The notes: generated by a model from the sequence alone, not told the origin. A DNA stretch of 41,950 bases from Lysobacterales bacterium (GCA_038249585.1 JBBSDI010000001.1:1-41950); one strand, 5' to 3'; numbered from the stretch's first letter, positions 20,261 to 29,776 are shown. A program made the numbers and translations.

Positions 20261-21436
20261 ATGCGCCTGCTCATCGTCACCTCGCAGTTCCCGATCGACG
20301 GCGAGCCCAACCGCGGCCGGCCGGTGTTCCAGACCGTGCGTGAGCTGGCCAGGCGCGCCACCGTGCGCGTGATCAATCCGATCGCGGTGTATCCGGCCGC
20401 ACTACAGCCCAACAGCTATCTCGCGCGCAAACCCGGCGCCAATCCGGTCGCCGCCGAACTGGATGCAGTCTACGTGCCCTATCGCGCGATCCCCGCGCTG
20501 AGCCGGCCGTTCAACGGCTGGCTCGCAGCGCGCGCGATCGCCGCTGAGGCGGCACGCTTCGCACCCGACGTTATTCTCGCGTACTGGCTCTACCCGGATG
20601 CATTCGCCGCGCAAATCGTGGCACAGCGGCTGGGTATTTCCTTCGTGGCCGGCGCGCGTGGCAGCGACATCCGCGTGCGCGATGCCATCAGTCGCATGTT
20701 GACCGGCCGTGTGGTGCGCGGCGCCTCCAGACTGTTGGTGGTCAGCGCCGACCTCGGACGACTCGCGGTCAGCGACTACGGTGGCGATCCCGCGCGCGTG
20801 CACGTGATCCCCAACGGCTGCGACGCGGCGATCTTCCATCCGCGCGCGCGTGCGCCGGCGCGCGCAGCACTCGGCATCGCCGACGATTGCGAGCTGGTGC
20901 TGTATGTCGGGCGTCTGGTGCCGGAGAAGGGACTGCGGGAGCTTTTCGATGCGTGTGCGCTGCTTCGAAATGATCGCCCGCGTCTTTCGCTCGTATTGGT
21001 CGGCGACGGCCCGATGCGTGCGGAACTTGCGATGCGCATCGCCAACAACGCAGCATGGGCAAGCCTCGCCGGCGCGCAGCCGCCACAGGCCGTCGCGCAG
21101 TGCTTCGCCGCGTGCAACCTGCTCGCCTTGCCGAGCTATTCCGAAGGCCATCCGAACGTGCTGGTCGAGGCGCTCGCCTGCGGTCGCCCGGTCGTGACCA
21201 CGCCGGTTGGCGGCATTCCCGAGGTGGTGGACGATGCAGTCGCCATCCTGGTGCCACCACGCACGGTTGCACCGCTCAGGGACGCCCTCGCGCAGGCGCT
21301 CGACCGTCACTGGGATGCGGACGCGCTCGGCGCGCGCTTCTCGCGCGACTGGTCGCAGGTCGCCGCCGATACACTGAAGGCCTGCACGCAGGCCCTCGCC
21401 GAGCATCGCAGCAACTCCAACCGAGCGAAGGACTGA
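20261..21436 (+). CDS. GT4-family glycosyltransferase
   Basis: MRLLIVTSQFPIDGEPNRGRPVF N-terminus. LVLYVGRLVPEKG and SYSEGHPNVLVEALACGRPVVTTPVGGIPEVV (EX7E). Confidence 0.9.
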   Translation: MRLLIVTSQFPIDGEPNRGRPVFQTVRELARRATVRVINPIAVYPAALQPNSYLARKPGANPVAAELDAVYVPYRAIPALSRPFNGWLAARAIAAEAARFAPDVILAYWLYPDAFAAQIVAQRLGISFVAGARGSDIRVRDAISRMLTGRVVRGASRLLVVSADLGRLAVSDYGGDPARVHVIPNGCDAAIFHPRARAPARAALGIADDCELVLYVGRLVPEKGLRELFDACALLRNDRPRLSLVLVGDGPMRAELAMRIANNAAWASLAGAQPPQAVAQCFAACNLLALPSYSEGHPNVLVEALACGRPVVTTPVGGIPEVVDDAVAILVPPRTVAPLRDALAQALDRHWDADALGARFSRDWSQVAADTLKACTQALAEHRSNSNRAKD

Positions 21437-21444
21437 CCCCCACC

Positions 21445-23424
21445 ATGTGCGGCATCGCCGGTTTCTTCGGTCCCTCCGCCGCGCCCGCGGACGACCACGC
21501 CACCCTGCAGGCAATGATCGGCACCCTCAAGCACCGCGGCCCCGACGGTTTCGGCTATCTGGTCGAAGACGGCGTCGGCCTCGCGCACGCGCGGCTGTCG
21601 ATCATCGACCTCAACACCGGCGACCAGCCGATCCACAACCCCGCGCGCACCGCGTGGACGGTGTTCAACGGCGAGATCTTCAACTACGTCGAGCTGCGCG
21701 CCGAACTCGAGCGCGAGGGCCGGCGCTTCTATACGCAGTCCGACACCGAAGTGATCGTGCACCTGTACGACCGCGACGGCGATCGCTTCGTGGAGCATCT
21801 CAACGGCCAGTTCGCCATCGCGATCTGGGACAACCAGCGCCGCCGCCTGCTGCTGGCGCGCGACCGCGCCGGCATCCGCCCGCTGTACCTCGCGCGCGAA
21901 CGCGGCCGGCTGTGGTTCGGCTCCGAGGTCAAGGCCCTGCTCGCAGCACTGCCGCAGTGCGCGCGTCTGGATCCGCTGGGTCTGATCGAGGCGCTCAGCC
22001 TGTGGGCGCCGTTCGACCCGGATACCGTATTCAGTGGGGTGGCAAGCCTGCCGCCCGGCCACGTGCTCGCCATCGAGCACGACGGCCGCGAGACGCTCAC
22101 CCGCTACTGGGACTGGCACTTCCCGATCCGCGGCGACGGCGAGCATTACGCCGACTACGACTCGATCGACGCGGCTGCCGCCGATTTGCGCGCGCTGCTG
22201 ATCGACGCGGTGCGCCTGCAGCTGCGCGCCGACGTGCCAGTGGGCGCGTACCTGAGCGGCGGACTGGATTCATCCGGCATCGTCGCCCTGATCCGCGGCT
22301 TCACCAACACGCCGGTGCGCACGTTCTCGGTCGCCTTCGCCGATGCCGAGTTCGACGAGAGCGCGCACCAGATGGCGATGGTGCGGCATCTGCACACCGA
22401 CCACACCACGCTGCGCTGCGAGCGTGGCGACATTGGTCGCTTGTTCCCCGAACTGATCCGCCACACCGAAGTGCCGATCCTGCGCACCGGACCGCTGCCA
22501 ATGATGATGCTGGCGCAAAAGGTGCGCGAGAGCGGCTACAAGGTGGTGCTCACCGGCGAGGGCGCCGACGAAGTATTCGGCGGCTACGATCTGTTCAAGG
22601 AAGCCAAGGTGCGCCGCTTCTGGGCGCGCCAGCCCCACTCGCGATTCCGCCCCCTTCTGCTGCGAAGACTGTACGGCTACCTCGGCAACTCGCCGGTCGC
22701 CAACGACGCCTTCGCCCAGCAATTCTTCGGCAGCGGCCGCGAACACCTGCAGCGGCCGGTATTCGCCCACGTACCACGCTTCGCCACCGCACGCCGCGCC
22801 CTCGCCTTCCTCTCCAGCGAGATGAAAGCCGCAGTCGGCAACTTCGACGCACTCGACTTCGTCGAATCGCGCCTGCCGCCTGAGGTCGCACGCTTCGCCC
22901 CGCTCGCCCGCGACCAGTACGTCGAAGCCAAAACCCTGCTCGCGGGGTACCTGTTGTCGTCGCAAGGCGACCGCGTCGGCATGGCGCACAGCATCGAAGG
23001 CCGCTACCCCTACCTCGACCATCGCCTGATCGAATTCGCCAACCGCCTGCCGGAGCGATTCAAGATCACCGGCCTGCGCGAGAAGAACGTCCTGCGCCGC
23101 GCACTCGCCGGGCTGTTGCCCGACGATATTCTCAAGCGCACCAAGCAGCCCTACCGCGCACCCGACAGCACGAGTTTCTTCCACGACGGCAAGGCGCTGG
23201 ACTACGTCGAGGACCTGCTCTCGGGCGATGCGATCCGCAAGGCGGGCTACTTCGATGCCGGCGCGGTCGGCAAGCTGCTCGACAAGTGCCGCGCAGGCAA
23301 GGCGACGGGGTTTGCGGACAACCAGGCGTTCGTGGGGGTGTTGTCGACGATGTTGCTGGACGGCATGCGCGCCACGGGATTGCGTGACTCCAGGCCCGCC
23401 GCGGCGAAAACTCCGCTGCCGTAG
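21445..23424 (+). CDS. asparagine synthase (glutamine-hydrolysing) family amidotransferase, EpsI / exosortase-A-associated-amidotransferase-like
   Basis: N-terminal nucleophile MCGIAGFF (class II GATase). HRGPDG. PP-loop YLSGGLDSSGIVAL. About 659 aa. Confidence 0.95.
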   Translation: MCGIAGFFGPSAAPADDHATLQAMIGTLKHRGPDGFGYLVEDGVGLAHARLSIIDLNTGDQPIHNPARTAWTVFNGEIFNYVELRAELEREGRRFYTQSDTEVIVHLYDRDGDRFVEHLNGQFAIAIWDNQRRRLLLARDRAGIRPLYLARERGRLWFGSEVKALLAALPQCARLDPLGLIEALSLWAPFDPDTVFSGVASLPPGHVLAIEHDGRETLTRYWDWHFPIRGDGEHYADYDSIDAAAADLRALLIDAVRLQLRADVPVGAYLSGGLDSSGIVALIRGFTNTPVRTFSVAFADAEFDESAHQMAMVRHLHTDHTTLRCERGDIGRLFPELIRHTEVPILRTGPLPMMMLAQKVRESGYKVVLTGEGADEVFGGYDLFKEAKVRRFWARQPHSRFRPLLLRRLYGYLGNSPVANDAFAQQFFGSGREHLQRPVFAHVPRFATARRALAFLSSEMKAAVGNFDALDFVESRLPPEVARFAPLARDQYVEAKTLLAGYLLSSQGDRVGMAHSIEGRYPYLDHRLIEFANRLPERFKITGLREKNVLRRALAGLLPDDILKRTKQPYRAPDSTSFFHDGKALDYVEDLLSGDAIRKAGYFDAGAVGKLLDKCRAGKATGFADNQAFVGVLSTMLLDGMRATGLRDSRPAAAKTPLP

Positions 23425-23828
23425 TTCCGACGCCTGCTACGGCGTTGACGGCGTCACAGCCGCCGTGGCACTGCGCAGGCTGTCGCCGACAACGCGCGCG
23501 CGACATGTTCAGAGGTCCCTCAGGCGCGAAACTCGTAAACGACATCGGTGATGCGAAACCCCGTGGTGGCTACCGTTCACTGGCGCCTGCGCGTGAGCGA
23601 TAGCGTTTCTGGCCAGTTCAAAGCCATCTACGCACCCACCTCGGCCGACTCAGCCCATCGACGATGCGTGGCGCTTTCTGCAGTGTCGCGCTCGAACACC
23701 CTCGGAGCCCAGCAGCCCACGACGCTGCACGCGACCACACGTGGACCACTGCGCGAAATCCGGATAGTGCGTTGCGGGCCGCGCAGGCGATCTGCGCGCC
23801 GAATCTGAAAGCCGCGAGGTTGAAGTAG

Positions 23829-23853
23829 GCTCGCGCGTCCTCCACGCGCGAGC
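23829..23853 (-). terminator. GC-rich hairpin immediately downstream of the M23 peptidase gene
   Basis: GCTCGCGCG-tcctcca-CGCGCGAGC is a perfect 9-bp stem with a 7-nt loop, 13 nt past the stop at 23866. There is no clean U-tract (minus strand continues CCTACTTCAA). Confidence 0.45.
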
Positions 23854-23865
23854 GCACCGCAGCTA

Positions 23866-25233
23866 TCAGCGGCCTGCCGCGATCTCTGCGCCGAGCTGTT
23901 CGATCGATCGCCCAAGCTCCGCGGACTTGTGCGGATCCTGCGCATGCTCGGTCAGCGACACCAGCGCGGCGAGCAGTTTGAATCGCGGCGTGCGCGGCGG
24001 AACCCTGTGCAGCTTGCCACCGATGATCACGAAACCATCGCCGCCCCGGGATACGCCGCCGAACACCTCGGCCACCAGTTCGTCCAGTTCCGCCTCAAGC
24101 TGCGGTCCGGCGAGTGGCCCCAGCCGCCAGCCGGGCCGAATCGCGACCGTGTCCTGGCAGATGCCGTCTGCGGTCAGCCGCACCCACGGTCCACTCTGGT
24201 CGGGATTGATCCGCTCGCGCTCGAGCACCGAGGCGCGGCTGAACGGAAGTCCACGCAGGGTATTGGTATCCGAATCGCGCCCTTCCAGATGCAGGTGCGG
24301 GTTAGTCGATCGACCGGAGTTTCCCGCCCGTCCGATCACCTGGCCCACCCGTACTGCCGCGTTGGGAAGCTTGAATTCTTCCGGGATACTGCCCTTGAGC
24401 AGGTGCGCGTAGATCACCGTGATCTCGCCATGCCGGATTCGCAGGAAGTTGCCGCTGCCCGGCGTGCCCTCGGGGCGTGCCGCACCTGGGGTTGCGTTGT
24501 TCTCGTAGTGATCGGCGAACTCCTCGACGATGCCGTCGGCCACCGCACGCAACCGCTTGCCCCAGATCCGGTAGTCGGCATTGCTGCTCTTGGTCGCGCC
24601 GTCGTTGAGCTGGGTCCAGTCGCCGCGCACGCGCTTTTGCACGCTGATGTCGTGCGCGTAGATCTGGGTGCCATTGGCCCCGCCGTTTGCCCAGTGGCGC
24701 GCTGATGTCACCAGGTACTCGCCATCGTCGAGATCGAACTGACTCATGGGCAAACGCAGTGCGGCGCCACTCGCAGGCTTGGTGTAGGCCACCAGATCCA
24801 TCGACAGTGTCTTCGGGCTGGCGAATCCATGACACGACACCTTGATCACGATCGACTGCGGCAACGGCAATGGAAGGTAGACCTCATTGCGGTGGTGGTT
24901 CTCCCCGGCTTTGCTGACATCCAGATCCACGACACCGTTCGACCAGGTTGCGGTGGTGCCGGCCTTGATCACGCCATCATCGGGATCGTCGTCGCCGGCG
25001 GGATCGACCGCAATCTTGACGCCTTGCATCTGCGAGTCGGCATGCGGCGAGTTGGGGTAGGAGAACTTGATCCCGCTGAGGGTCAAGTCGCTATCGCCGG
25101 TGTTCTGCAAGTGCAAGCGCAGGGCGATCTTCGCGTACGCCGGTTCGCCTTGCGCTTTTGCCGCGATCGGCAAATAGAACAGGCTCGTTCCGTCGGTCGG
25201 TTGAACAAAGAGTTCCAGACTGGGTATCGACAT
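23866..25233 (-). CDS. M23 (LytM/lysostaphin-type) metallopeptidase domain protein with unknown N- and C-terminal extensions and no signal peptide
   Basis: GNFLRIRHGEITVIYAHLLKGS and VGQVIGRAGNSGRSTNPHLHLEGRD (the HxH zinc motif). ATG 25233 is preceded by GGAG at a 6-nt spacing. The N-terminus MSIPSLELFVQPTDGTSLFYLP has no hydrophobic leader. Confidence 0.85.
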   Translation of the reverse strand: MSIPSLELFVQPTDGTSLFYLPIAAKAQGEPAYAKIALRLHLQNTGDSDLTLSGIKFSYPNSPHADSQMQGVKIAVDPAGDDDPDDGVIKAGTTATWSNGVVDLDVSKAGENHHRNEVYLPLPLPQSIVIKVSCHGFASPKTLSMDLVAYTKPASGAALRLPMSQFDLDDGEYLVTSARHWANGGANGTQIYAHDISVQKRVRGDWTQLNDGATKSSNADYRIWGKRLRAVADGIVEEFADHYENNATPGAARPEGTPGSGNFLRIRHGEITVIYAHLLKGSIPEEFKLPNAAVRVGQVIGRAGNSGRSTNPHLHLEGRDSDTNTLRGLPFSRASVLERERINPDQSGPWVRLTADGICQDTVAIRPGWRLGPLAGPQLEAELDELVAEVFGGVSRGGDGFVIIGGKLHRVPPRTPRFKLLAALVSLTEHAQDPHKSAELGRSIEQLGAEIAAGR

Positions 25234-25516
25234 GGTCAGCTCCAAATGTTGGGTTCGCAATGTTTGCGTCGTGAGCATCGCCCGCGGTGCGATGAGAACT
25301 GCAGCGGGCAATTGCCGTGTGCGCGTCGCGATCTCCAGACACCGCATATCGTTTGATGCTGAAAAGCGACGCGTATTCCAACGAACGCGAAATCCGTCGC
25401 TTGGAGGTCAGCACCCTGCGCGTTGTCATCGATGCCCGCTTTCCCTGTATTCGAAAGCGACGCAGCCCGCATAGTGGTGCCGCAGTCGATACTTTCGACA
25501 GGAATTTTGCGTGATT

Positions 25517-25556
25517 CTGCAGCGGTCAGTGCTGCTAACTGACTGACGGACTGCAG
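25517..25556 (-). terminator. compound hairpin downstream of the GT2 gene
   Basis: CTGCAG..GTCAGT-gctgcta-ACTGAC..CTGCAG, located 25 nt past the stop at 25581. No U-tract. Confidence 0.35.
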
Positions 25557-25580
25557 CGAGCGCGCGAGCGTGCCGCGTCG

Positions 25581-26501
25581 CTAGTCGCCGCGGCCGCGAC
25601 CCAAAATGCCACCGATCATGCGCTTGAGCGCCATCGGCAACAGCGCGAGCACTTCGCCGCGTCGTGCGGGATCGAGCCTCCATGCGTCGCGCGCGAGACG
25701 CCATGCCTGTGCCCAGCGGCGCTGGAACAGCATGCCGCGCGCGGTACGACGGTAGGCGATGGCGAGTGCGCTGTTGCGCTCGTCGGCATCGACCAGTGGG
25801 GTGGCGTCGGCGACTGCGCGGCGCATGACGCCGAGGTAGTCGTCGTAGGTGCGCGCTAGACTCGACAGGCCGTCGTGGCAGCGCAGCGCGCGCACCAATG
25901 GCTGCGCGATCACGCCGATCGGAAATTCGCGCGCAACGCGCAGATGGAAGTCCAGGTCTTCGCCGGTAGCAAGGCTCTCGTCGAAGCCGCCGATACGTTC
26001 ATACACCGTGCGGCGCATGAGCACCGATGCCGGTACCAGCGCGGGATCGCGCAGCACGTGTCCGAGGATGAATCCGTCGACAGGCAACGCCGCCCGGCGC
26101 GACAGCACGTCGATTACGCGGCCTGCCGCATCGACCCGTTCGACGTCGCAAAGGACCATGCCGAAGTCAAGGTTGGCGTCGAGGAATTCGCACTGCAGGC
26201 GGGTTTTCTCCGGCAGCCAATCGTCGTCGCTGTCGAGCAGGGCGAGGTAGCGGCCACGGGCCAGCGCAAGGCCACGATTGCGCGCGGCCGATACGCCGGC
26301 ATTGGACTGGCGCAGGTACACGATGCGATCGCCGAACGCGGCGGCCAGCGCCTCGCCGGTGCCATCGGTCGAGCCGTCGTCGACCACGATCACCTCGTCG
26401 ACGCGGCGGGTCTGCGCCAGCACCGAGCGCAACGCGCGCTGCACCAGCTCGCGGCGGTTGTAGGTTGGTATGATCACCGAAACTTCGATGCTGCCCGCCA
26501 T
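25581..26501 (-). CDS. GT2-family glycosyltransferase
   Basis: VSVIIPTYNRRELVQRALRSVLAQTRRVDEVIVVDDGSTDGT and ALLDSDDDW (DXD). ATG 26501 is preferred over the TTG at 26519. Confidence 0.9.
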   Translation of the reverse strand: MAGSIEVSVIIPTYNRRELVQRALRSVLAQTRRVDEVIVVDDGSTDGTGEALAAAFGDRIVYLRQSNAGVSAARNRGLALARGRYLALLDSDDDWLPEKTRLQCEFLDANLDFGMVLCDVERVDAAGRVIDVLSRRAALPVDGFILGHVLRDPALVPASVLMRRTVYERIGGFDESLATGEDLDFHLRVAREFPIGVIAQPLVRALRCHDGLSSLARTYDDYLGVMRRAVADATPLVDADERNSALAIAYRRTARGMLFQRRWAQAWRLARDAWRLDPARRGEVLALLPMALKRMIGGILGRGRGD

Positions 26502-27519
26502 GCTGCCGGACCTGTTCAAGAAAGTGCTTTATGGTAGCGGTCTGCTCGGGCTGGTCCATCGCCTGCGCAATCGACGCACGCTGACGGTGATCATGTTCCA
26601 CCGGATCCTGGCGCCCAGCGACCCGCGCTGGGCCAGTTGCGATCCCGACTACACCCTGGCGCAGGACCTTTTTGCGCAGGTGCTGGCGTTTTTCGGCCGC
26701 CACTACCATGTGGTCAGCTGTCAGCAGGTGCTTGAAGCGCGGCGCGGCGGTGCGGCACTGCCAGCGCGTGCGCTGCTGATCACCTTCGACGACGGCTGGC
26801 AGGACAATTTCGAATACGCGCTGCCGGCGCTGCGCGCTGCCGGCATGCCTGCACTGCTGTTCGCCGTCGCCGATGCGATCGACCGCGCACAGCCGTTCTA
26901 CCAGGAGCGAATAGTCGCGGCGTGGCGACGCAATGCGCTGGGCACGGTCGATCTGGCCCGTGCGCTGGTAGCGCAGGGGCAACCGGTGGCGGTCGCCGCG
27001 GACAACGGTATCGCGGCACTGCGCGGCCTGATCGCCGCGCTCGAACAGCTGCCGATCAACACCCGACGTGCGCTGCTTGCCACGCTGGAGCCGCGTCTGG
27101 GCGATGGCCTGCGTCATATGCTCAACCGCGACGAACTGGCCAGCTTGCGCCGCGGCGCGGTGGAGATCGGTCTGCACGGCAAGAGCCACGAGCCACTGAC
27201 CCGCGTGGACGATCTGGAAGCCGAGCTCGGCGGCGCGCGCGCGGCGATGACACAACATCTGGGCGGCGATGCACAGCCGAACACGATGTCGTTTCCGCAT
27301 GGGAAGTTCGACCCGGGCATCGCACAGCGCGCGCTGCAGTCCGGCTACGAGCTGGTATTCACCAGCATGCCAACGCTCAATCCACTGCAGCCGGCACCCG
27401 GCTGGCTGCTGGGCAGGCTCGGCTTCGAGACCGCCGCGGTCGCCGAGAGCGGCGGACGCTTCAGGCCGGACTGGCTGGCTTTGTACCTGTTCCGCCGGCC
27501 GCCGCGCCTGCTCGCTTGA
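26470..27519 (+). CDS. polysaccharide deacetylase (CE4) family protein, paralogue of 4806-5918
   Basis: TVIMFHRI, ALLITFDDGWQDNFEYALPALRAAGMPALLF and VEIGLHGKSHE. Alternative in-frame ATGs lie at 26488 and 26500. Every option overlaps the start of the divergent GT2 gene. Confidence 0.85.
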   Translation: MITETSMLPAMLPDLFKKVLYGSGLLGLVHRLRNRRTLTVIMFHRILAPSDPRWASCDPDYTLAQDLFAQVLAFFGRHYHVVSCQQVLEARRGGAALPARALLITFDDGWQDNFEYALPALRAAGMPALLFAVADAIDRAQPFYQERIVAAWRRNALGTVDLARALVAQGQPVAVAADNGIAALRGLIAALEQLPINTRRALLATLEPRLGDGLRHMLNRDELASLRRGAVEIGLHGKSHEPLTRVDDLEAELGGARAAMTQHLGGDAQPNTMSFPHGKFDPGIAQRALQSGYELVFTSMPTLNPLQPAPGWLLGRLGFETAAVAESGGRFRPDWLALYLFRRPPRLLA

Positions 27520-29740
27520 TGCCCTCGAAATCGCTGGGCACCTCGCCGCGCGGCAGTTCGCGCGGCGCGCACTGCGCATCCACGGCGAACACCAGCGGTG
27601 CGCCGGCTACCTCGATGCCTTCGCTGCCGCCGACCGCGTACCGGCAATCATCGAGTACCAGCCCGCCGTCGATCCGGGTCTTCGGCGCACCGCTGGTTTT
27701 TGCCGGCAGCACGATATGGGTCGCGGCACCCGGCGGCAGCTGGTACACCAGCGGCTCGCTGCCGTCGGCGCTGGCCACCACCCAACGCTGCGTGCCGCGT
27801 TCGATCAGCCACGCGTGGCCACCGCGCGCGACCAGCTCGCGCGGCTTGGCCGGTTGGGTTCCGGTCAGCGGTGCAACCTCGATCGCAAACGCGGCGGATG
27901 CGGCAGTGCCGGGCACCAGCAGGCGCACCTCGCTGGCCGCGAAGCGCGAAGCGTCGCAGTTGCCGCGCGTATAGCGATCGTTGAAGCAGTCGCCTGCCGG
28001 CAGACGGCGTACTTCGGTCTCGCCACCGGAAGCGGCCAGGCGCAACACGCTCAGTCGCGTATCGCGCAGCTTCGCATCGCCGCCGTGCCCGATCTGGTCG
28101 AGATCGACGCGACTGCGAAAGCGCAGGTGGAGCGCGTTCTCGGGTTTTTCGGTGCGCGCGCGGTCGAGCACCAGCAAGGTGGCCGAATCGCGACCATCCG
28201 CGTCGGTCCACGGCAACAGCACGAAGTCGCGATAGGCCAGTTTGATCGGACTGGCCACCTCGCGAAAGCGGTACTGGTCGGCATAGTCGCAGCGCGCCAG
28301 CAGTACGCCATCGGCGAGCGTGTGCTTCCAGCGGAAGCCGGTGTCGACGCTCCAGAAGGTCTGGCTGGGCACATAGCCCTCGGGCTGACCGCTGGCGGCT
28401 ACGGTCGGCGCATTGCTGGTCAGGGTCGACAGACTGCCGTAGGGCGCGGGGTCGACGATCGCGTGATCGCGTCCACGCGAGAGCACGAAGTTGCCCGCGT
28501 GCGGCGGCAGGTGGTCGACATCGATCGTCGATGAACAGAATGCCGCGAACCACACCGCGTGCTTGTCCCAGCGGGTTCGCGCATACAGGATGGAAGTGCC
28601 GCGCGCGAAGAAGGTGTTGCCGGAGTTCTCGCGCGGGAAGGCCTGCGGTGGCTCGGACGTGGCCTCGGCCAGTGCGCTGAACAGCACATAGCCCAGATCG
28701 TCGGACGCGAAGTCGTCGATGCGTTCGATTTCCGCAAGAGCCCAGGATTTTGCACGCCCGGGTGCCGGTCCGAGTGCGACCGCTTCGAGCGTTTCGCGAC
28801 GCACGTGGATGTGCGGCACATGCGACTGCGTATCGCCCACCACCAGGGTGCGTTTGCCGGTGGGCGTCATCGCATACACGTGACGCAGGACAACGTCTTC
28901 CAGCCACTGGCCCAGCGCTGCAACGTCGACGCCGTAAGGCGCGACCGCACGCGCGGCGATCGCATAGTTGGCAAGACTCAGCGGCGCGTACTGCCAGCCC
29001 TCGCCCCAGTCGCCGCCGGTCAATACCCCATCGCGCGCGGCCGGCAGCAGTTCATTGGCGAAGGTGTCTTCGACCACCGTGCGCCACAGGCGCGCACCGT
29101 CTTCACCCGCCTCGCTGCCTTGCGCCACCGCCATCAGGGTCGCAGCCGCGACATAGCCCGCGTGGTAGTTGTTGCCCGGATCGTGCGCGCGGTAGCCGCT
29201 TTTGGTGTACCAGCGCGTCCATGCATCGAAGCGCTGGCGCGCTTTGGCGCGCAGCGCTTCGTCCATCTGCGGATGATCGTGCAGCCAGTCGTAGGCGAGC
29301 GCGGTGTAGGGACCCAGTGCGCGGATCGCGTAGCCGCTATCGCGCCGCGCAGAGTTGTCGCCGCCTTTGCCGTCGCCGATTTCCGTCACATCGTCGAGCA
29401 GTGCGCGGAAGTAGATCAACGCGGTCTGCGCGTGGCGGTCTTCGCCCGTTGCGCGCCAGGCGATTAGACACGTCTGCAGCGAACGCGCCCAGTCCAATCC
29501 CATGTAGCCATCGCGCGCGAATTGCGCAGGCGCGCCGGCGATGCGCTTGCAGTTGGCGATCGCACCGGCGGTAGCCGTGCCGCGCGTCGCACCGAGCTCG
29601 CGCAGGCGTTCGGCCACGCCCGGTTCGTTGAACAGGCGCGGATGCGGGCCGCTGGGTTCAGGTGGCAGCTGGGCAGCGACTGGAGCGATCCAGGCGATGG
29701 CCAACAGGGCGACGAGGGCGACGATGCTGCGGATGTTCAT
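27461..29740 (-). CDS. secreted heparinase II/III-like polysaccharide lyase family protein, paralogue of 3021-4763
   Basis: Signal peptide MNIRSIVALVALLAIAWIAPVAA|Q. LAYDW and HDPGNNYH are shared with the first copy. The DVDHLPPHAGNFVLSRGRDHAIVD block is heparinase II/III-like. ATG 29740 is preceded by GGGGAAG. Confidence 0.8.
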   Translation of the reverse strand: MNIRSIVALVALLAIAWIAPVAAQLPPEPSGPHPRLFNEPGVAERLRELGATRGTATAGAIANCKRIAGAPAQFARDGYMGLDWARSLQTCLIAWRATGEDRHAQTALIYFRALLDDVTEIGDGKGGDNSARRDSGYAIRALGPYTALAYDWLHDHPQMDEALRAKARQRFDAWTRWYTKSGYRAHDPGNNYHAGYVAAATLMAVAQGSEAGEDGARLWRTVVEDTFANELLPAARDGVLTGGDWGEGWQYAPLSLANYAIAARAVAPYGVDVAALGQWLEDVVLRHVYAMTPTGKRTLVVGDTQSHVPHIHVRRETLEAVALGPAPGRAKSWALAEIERIDDFASDDLGYVLFSALAEATSEPPQAFPRENSGNTFFARGTSILYARTRWDKHAVWFAAFCSSTIDVDHLPPHAGNFVLSRGRDHAIVDPAPYGSLSTLTSNAPTVAASGQPEGYVPSQTFWSVDTGFRWKHTLADGVLLARCDYADQYRFREVASPIKLAYRDFVLLPWTDADGRDSATLLVLDRARTEKPENALHLRFRSRVDLDQIGHGGDAKLRDTRLSVLRLAASGGETEVRRLPAGDCFNDRYTRGNCDASRFAASEVRLLVPGTAASAAFAIEVAPLTGTQPAKPRELVARGGHAWLIERGTQRWVVASADGSEPLVYQLPPGAATHIVLPAKTSGAPKTRIDGGLVLDDCRYAVGGSEGIEVAGAPLVFAVDAQCAPRELPRGEVPSDFEGIKRAGAAAGGTGTKPASPA

Positions 29741-29776
29741 GCGCTTCCCCAAATAGTTTTGCAGACGCCGCGGAGA

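Noticed and set aside
23548-23808. 86-aa ORF (+), plus minus-strand ORFs 23618-23857 and 23628-23945, in the gap downstream of the M23 gene. Considered as possible immunity or partner proteins.
   Set aside because: No ribosome-binding site. Third-position G/C is clearly lower than in real genes here. The Arg-rich termini are implausible, and one ORF starts inside the terminator-like hairpin. The region is treated as non-coding pending transcript data.
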